Shown here: piece after piece, positions 59,528-64,000 of the stretch
Numbering within the stretch: the stretch's first letter is position 1
How the letters are laid out: every line of letters begins with the position of its first letter
Assembly (NCBI GenBank): GCA_964454445.1
Contig: CAYVTD010000008.1
Coordinates: forward strand, 3,517 to 67,516
Source: an uncultured Hyphomicrobiales bacterium
GTDB lineage: Bacteria; Bacteroidota; Ignavibacteria; Kapaibacteriales; UBA2268
Direction of reading: 5' to 3'
DNA length: 64,000 nucleotides
Program-made: the position numbers and the translations under genes
The notes under the pieces: generated by a model
What the model was told of the DNA's origin: nothing
The model's database searches: none
What the model saw: the letters and a program-made list of their open reading frames with translations, nothing else

Positions 59528-59965
59528 TTATCCATCGGATTGCTTGCTGCAATTTTGACGAATCAAATGTACGTCTTCAAATGTTTTTTTGATATCTAAT
59601 TGCTTATATTGAAGATACTTCCCATCTGGTTTGGCTATTTTATGTTCTTTATAATGAATATCAGTTTTTCTTGAGTATTTGCCTTTATTCCTAATAAAAC
59701 CTTTTGTCCCAAAATACACATCACCAATGTTCAAATAGAATGATCCCGCTTTATGCAAAACCCTTTTAAACTCAGTAATGTAAATCAATAAGTTGTTTAT
59801 ATAATCATAAGGATTGTCTTCACGACCGACAGTCTCATTGCCATATAGACGACACAAGAAATAAGGAGGTGATGTAATAATCAAATTAATTGAACCATCT
59901 GGAATCTCCTTGATTAGATCCAAGGTATCGCCACGTGTTACTTTATTTATATACTTTTCGATCAT
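59528..59965 (-). pseudogene. Beta-class DNA methyltransferase, N-terminal part only
   Basis: GDTLDLIKEIPDGSINLIITSPPYF, EFKRVL, FYLNIGDVY. Homology-like sequence stops after YKQL; no FxGxG SAM-binding motif. Confidence 0.8.
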
Positions 59966-60385
59966 GTTTGTTTAATCATTCTCATTTTTATTGCAAATTT
60001 AAAAAATTGCATATTAAAAATGAAATCATTTCATTTCTCTTCTGCCTGGGAAAAATTGAAAATCCAATATAAGCCTAAAAGCTATTGCAAGTTGAATTAA
60101 ATAATTTTATTTTTTTTTGAAAAAAATTTTTGTTATTTTGTATTTGTAAATAAAATTAATAATTAGTTAAATTAATTTTCATAATAAAAGGTCATAATTA
60201 CTGTTTTTAACATAAAGAATTAAGCAGACAGCCACATAAAGATTATTTAAGCTATGCTGTTGTGAAAAGATAGAAACTTCTCGACCCATAAAACCAATAA
60301 AGAGAAACTTCTTGTCTTCACAAAAAAAAGGGCCTTGCTTCGTTGAGGGTCTATAATAAACAGCAGCAGTAAAGTGAGACAGAGG

Positions 60386-60414
60386 CGGCTCCTAAAAAAG
60401 GAGCCGTTTTTTTT
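60386..60414 (+). terminator. Intrinsic terminator, plus-strand oriented
   Basis: CGGCTCCT-AAAAA-AGGAGCCG followed by T8. Confidence 0.8.
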
Positions 60415-60431
60415 GTTATTTAATTGCTATG

Positions 60432-61691
60432 TCAAAGCAAATCAACAATATCGCCAAGCAGGTAGAAAGAACCGCAGACAATGGCGGGCTTTCCTTTCTG
60501 CAACACATAATCGATACCTTCTAAAGCTGAACTTGTGATTTTCATTCTTTTAAACCCAAGCAAAGTTGCCAACTTTGTAATTTCTTGGATTTCCATTGCA
60601 CGTGTTATTTCTGGCTTTGTTATTACCAATTCTTCCGTTATTGGCTTTATTGCTTCTAGCATTTTTTCAATGTTTTTATCGCTCATTGCCGCAAACAGAA
60701 CCGTCCATTTTTCTCCTTTACCTGAGCATTTCTCTACTGTATCCCTCAATTTTTTGAATGAATCCGGGTTGTGCGCAGAATCGATAACCAAGGGAGGTTC
60801 TTTTCTAATTTGCTGAATTCTTGCGATTGTTCCTGTATTGACTATCGCATTTAAAATTCCATTTTTAATTAATTCTTCCTCTTTAATTCCTAATTGTTCG
60901 ACTGCAGATATCGCTGTCAGAAGATTTTCGATTTGATGCTCGCCGGCAAAGGGAGATTTTATCTCGAAATACCTGACTCGACTTTCTATTTCAAAGCTCA
61001 TCGTAAAATCTGGAAAATAGACAGGTTTTCCGACATTAAATATATCCTTCGGAACAAATATATGCGAGTCTTTTTCTTTGCTGATTTTTACGATAATGTC
61101 AATAGCTTCCTTCTTTGTTGCCGCACATATCAAAGGAACGTTCTTTTTGATGATACCTGCCTTTTCAAAAGCAATTTTTTCGATGGTATCGCCAAGATAT
61201 TCAGTATGTTCGACGCCGATTTCCGTGATAATCGTCAATATCGGATTGATAACATTTGTTGAATCGTAACGCCCTCCCATCCCAGTTTCGATAACGCAAA
61301 AATCAGGTTTGTTATCAGCAAAATACTTGAAAGCCATTGCTGTTGTAATCTCAAAAAAAGTTATTTCAGTATCGTGGGCTATGTTAAGGAATTCCTCAGC
61401 GAGCATAATTAAATCTTTATCTGATATTTTCGTGCCATTTATGCGAATTCTCTCGTTGAAATCCTTGATATGAGGCGAAGTATAATGCGCTACCTTATAG
61501 CCTGCTTCCATTAGTATAGATGAAATCACTCCGCAAACAGTGCCTTTTCCATTTGTGCCGGCAACGTGGATTGTTCGCAAGGAATTTTGTGGATTTTCAG
61601 CTTTATCAAGTAAATAATAAGTTCTTTCGAGTCCAGGCTTTATGCCAAATCGCTGTCTTGAATACAATTCCTCTAATATTTTTTCTTTCAT
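60432..61691 (-). CDS. folC: Bifunctional folylpolyglutamate synthase/dihydrofolate synthase
   Basis: HVAGTNGKGT, YTSPH, NERIRING, FFEITTAMAF, ETGMGGRYDSTN, IAFEKAGI, DSAHNP, GSFYL. Confidence 0.96.
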   Translation of the reverse strand: MKEKILEELYSRQRFGIKPGLERTYYLLDKAENPQNSLRTIHVAGTNGKGTVCGVISSILMEAGYKVAHYTSPHIKDFNERIRINGTKISDKDLIMLAEEFLNIAHDTEITFFEITTAMAFKYFADNKPDFCVIETGMGGRYDSTNVINPILTIITEIGVEHTEYLGDTIEKIAFEKAGIIKKNVPLICAATKKEAIDIIVKISKEKDSHIFVPKDIFNVGKPVYFPDFTMSFEIESRVRYFEIKSPFAGEHQIENLLTAISAVEQLGIKEEELIKNGILNAIVNTGTIARIQQIRKEPPLVIDSAHNPDSFKKLRDTVEKCSGKGEKWTVLFAAMSDKNIEKMLEAIKPITEELVITKPEITRAMEIQEITKLATLLGFKRMKITSSALEGIDYVLQKGKPAIVCGSFYLLGDIVDLL

Positions 61692-62067
61692 TCTATTTAT
61701 GACTTAAATCAATTCAAATTTCATAAAAAAATCTTGTCTTTTCAAAAACAATAAGAAAGCTTGACACGACAAATATTGTATATTTTTAATGCTTGAATAG
61801 AAATCTCTATTTCAATATCATCAATTGAAGAGCTATATTTTATTCCACTTATCTTTTAAATTCTATGAATCAAACATTAAACCATAATTATAAACAAAGA
61901 ATGAGCTTACCCTTTGTGTTTTACAATATTTTCCGCAAAAACCGTATTAAAAAAAATAATTATTCTTATTCTATTATCAAATAATATTTGTATATTGGTA
62001 TTTTAGGTAAAAGAAGAATTTTTGAAACACTAATATATTGTTTTTCTTATAAATCAAAGAGGTAAGT

Positions 62068-62754
62068 ATGGGTATTTTCAGTAGAATAGCAGATGTGTTC
62101 AAAGCAAACGTAAACGATGCCTTGGACAAAGCCGAAGACCCGGAGAAAATGCTAAAGCAAATGGTGATTGAAATGGAAGAGTCGGTCAATAAGGCAACTC
62201 TTGCCGTGGGCGGCGCCATTGCAAACGAAAAGCAACTCGAGCGGAAAATGGAAAAAGCACGGAAAGAAAAAGATGATTGGGAACAAAAAGCAGTGCTAGC
62301 GCTGCAATCAGGCAGGGAAGATCTTGCCCGTGCTGCTCTGGAAAAAAAGGCTATTTCAGAACGTAATTTCAACGACTTGCAACCGATTTTCGAACAAGCA
62401 AAAAATACATCGAACAAACTTCGCGAGCAACTAAACCAACTTAAATCAAAGCTTGACGAGGCTCGAAGCCGTCAAAGCACTCTTATTGCCCGTTCACAAG
62501 CAGCAAAAGCACAAAAAATGATTTCTCAGCAATTCAGCGGCGTTGGCTCTGATGCTTTTAGCAAATTCGACAAATATGAGAATAAAATCGAAAAAATCGA
62601 ATCAGAAGCTGAGGCTTTTGGCGAGCTTGCTGGCGAAAACACTAGCCTCGACCAAGAATTCAAAAAACTGACGTCAAACACAAGTGTCGATGGCGATTTG
62701 CTCGCATTAAAAGCGAAGATGGGTTTGTTGCCTGAAGCAAAAGAAAATAGTTAA
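62068..62754 (+). CDS. pspA: PspA/IM30 family protein
   Basis: MGIFSRIADVFKANVNDALDKAEDPEKML, G.EDLAR.AL, coiled coil. Confidence 0.93.
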   Translation: MGIFSRIADVFKANVNDALDKAEDPEKMLKQMVIEMEESVNKATLAVGGAIANEKQLERKMEKARKEKDDWEQKAVLALQSGREDLARAALEKKAISERNFNDLQPIFEQAKNTSNKLREQLNQLKSKLDEARSRQSTLIARSQAAKAQKMISQQFSGVGSDAFSKFDKYENKIEKIESEAEAFGELAGENTSLDQEFKKLTSNTSVDGDLLALKAKMGLLPEAKENS

Positions 62755-62792
62755 TTCAAGATTGTTGAAAACATTATTGGAGAAAATAAATA

Positions 62793-63284
62793 ATGGAATT
62801 TGAATATTCAAATGAAGGAAACGGTATCGAAACGCCACAGGCAATAATCGATGCCACCATATTAAAATTAAAAAATTTCTTGAATAAGGATTATACAGAA
62901 CATCTCGATTTCGGCAATGGCACGTTTACAATAACGCGTGGCTCGACGCAAGTAATGATGATAGTGCGTCCTTATACCGAACGTGAGTGTATTGTCGAAT
63001 TCGTTTCAAATGTCGTTACAGGAGCTGCAATAACCCACGAGTTGATGACATTTTTACTAAGAAAGAATGCTGAAATGCACTTCGGCACCTTTGGATTGCT
63101 TTTCGACAACACAGTAACGTTTTCCCATTCAATCACTGGCTCCTGCCTAAACAGCGACGAGCTAAAAAACACATTAAACACAGTTGCCTTCATCGCCGAT
63201 TATTATGATGACATAATTGTTGATATGTCCGGAGGTAAAAGGGCAACAGATTTAGAGCAGGATTTCGAATTAGTCGAAGAATAA
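62793..63284 (+). CDS. YbjN/T3SS-chaperone-like (CesT-fold) protein
   Basis: FTITRGSTQVMM, LMTFLLRKN..MHFGTFGL, ADYYDD; acidic, about 160 aa. Confidence 0.75.
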   Translation: MEFEYSNEGNGIETPQAIIDATILKLKNFLNKDYTEHLDFGNGTFTITRGSTQVMMIVRPYTERECIVEFVSNVVTGAAITHELMTFLLRKNAEMHFGTFGLLFDNTVTFSHSITGSCLNSDELKNTLNTVAFIADYYDDIIVDMSGGKRATDLEQDFELVEE

Positions 63285-63310
63285 TTGACAAGAAAAAGCA
63301 AAAGGAATCT

Positions 63311-63970
63311 ATGAGTGAGCCAAACACAGTTATTGCAAAACATTGCTGGCAGTCCATAGGTGTTTATGGTGATGCAAGTTGCGAGTTGTTGCAAACTTTA
63401 GCTCATTGCCGCCGCTGTCCTGAGTATTCAAAATCGGGGCGCCATCTGCTCGACAGGGAGATACCCGATTCTTTCACTCAAGAATGGACAAAATGGTTGG
63501 CAACTCCGCTCAAGCAATCCGTAGCCGACTCAGTTTCCTTCCTTGTTTTTCGACTGCGAAACGAATGGCTTGCCTTGAAAACAGTTTTTTTCGATGAAGC
63601 ACTCGAGTATAGGCAAATACACGGCATTCCCTTTCGAACAAATAATTTTTTACTTGGGCTTGCAAATATCAATGGCGAGCTTTTAATATGTATCGATCCC
63701 GCCGAAATGCTCGGATTAAGTAAAAATAACTCCGAAAAGATTCTTTTTATGATGGTCGTTTCAAATGGAAGGGACAGATATGTCTTTCCAGTAGAAGAAA
63801 TCAAGGGCATCTTCCCGATAGAGCCGACTATTATAAAAAAACCTCCTTCAACCGTAGCTAAAGCTGGATCTTCGTTCTCCTGCGGCACAAGCATACTCGA
63901 TGGCATTGAAATTGGCATCTTAGACGAGGAAAAGCTGTTTGCTGCGCTCGAAAGGAGTTTCGTTTATTAA
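63311..63970 (+). CDS. WspD-like CheW-domain chemosensory scaffold protein
   Basis: N-terminal CWQSIGVYGDASCELLQTLAHCRRCPEY...LLDR; CheW part FLVFRLRNEWLAL, IPFRTNNFLLGLANINGEL. Confidence 0.85.
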   Translation: MSEPNTVIAKHCWQSIGVYGDASCELLQTLAHCRRCPEYSKSGRHLLDREIPDSFTQEWTKWLATPLKQSVADSVSFLVFRLRNEWLALKTVFFDEALEYRQIHGIPFRTNNFLLGLANINGELLICIDPAEMLGLSKNNSEKILFMMVVSNGRDRYVFPVEEIKGIFPIEPTIIKKPPSTVAKAGSSFSCGTSILDGIEIGILDEEKLFAALERSFVY

Positions 63971-64000
63971 TGGCTGGCTTAGGAATAGAAATCGACCAAT
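63970..64000 (+). CDS. Start of a translationally coupled ORF (MAGLGIEIDQ...) running off the right edge
   Basis: TAATG stop/start overlap with the WspD-like gene; product cannot be identified from 10 codons. Confidence 0.5.
   Translation, partial: MAGLGIEIDQ

Noticed and set aside
31379-59965. The two MTase fragments as halves of one split gene
   Set aside because: They overlap in the motif V-VI region with different sequences (ETYRVLVTGGRACINIAN vs EFKRVLHKAGSFYLNIGD), so they derive from different genes.
438-63918. Numerous short antisense or off-frame ORFs inside long genes (e.g. 15259-15663, 23112-23717, 58096-58785, 61977-62417, 63478-63918)
   Set aside because: Shadow ORFs of well-supported genes on the opposite strand or frame, without recognisable motifs.
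1-64000. CRISPR array, rRNA, intact transposase, integrase or prophage genes
   Set aside because: No regularly spaced direct repeats, rRNA signatures or recombinase/transposase motifs were seen by eye; a CRISPR finder, barrnap or ISEScan run would be the decisive check.

Overview
AT-rich bacterial chromosome segment. It is probably FCB-group/Bacteroidota-like (Ignavibacteria/Kapabacteria-type); this is inferred from T9SS C-terminal domains, a glutaminyl cyclase lipoprotein and TTTG-N19-TAnnTTTG promoters. Most of the window is housekeeping: hslUV, glgA, dprA, tRNA-Gln-prs-rplY, fmt, mutS, pyrD, ackA-pta-(MIO lyase)-ptb-buk, nadAC, nfu/mrp, ADP-forming acyl-CoA synthetase, ftsY, ppiD, rarA, purD, zapA-6S RNA-rny, folC and pspA. 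Small accessory patches and eroded gene remnants lie between these genes. The most unusual items are: (1) a 705-aa ORF fusing a TIR-like domain (catalytic Glu position is Gln) to an intact fold-type-II PLP enzyme, next to tRNA-Thr; (2) a ThaI-like restriction-modification locus whose two genes are truncated on either side of a Zn-ribbon + B3/EcoRII-N-like-HNH cassette; (3) a multi-stem inverted-repeat element at 21.6-21.8 kb beside a tandem-repeat, possibly Sm-like protein; (4) an Ala-Cys-Gly MIO-family ammonia-lyase inside an acyl-phosphate ATP-generating cluster; (5) a BtuB-like receptor paired with a T9SS-secreted surface protein; (6) a WspD-like chemosensory gene directly behind pspA-ybjN. 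No CRISPR array, rRNA, intact transposase, integrase or reverse transcriptase was seen. All family assignments come from motif recognition by eye; no database searches were run.
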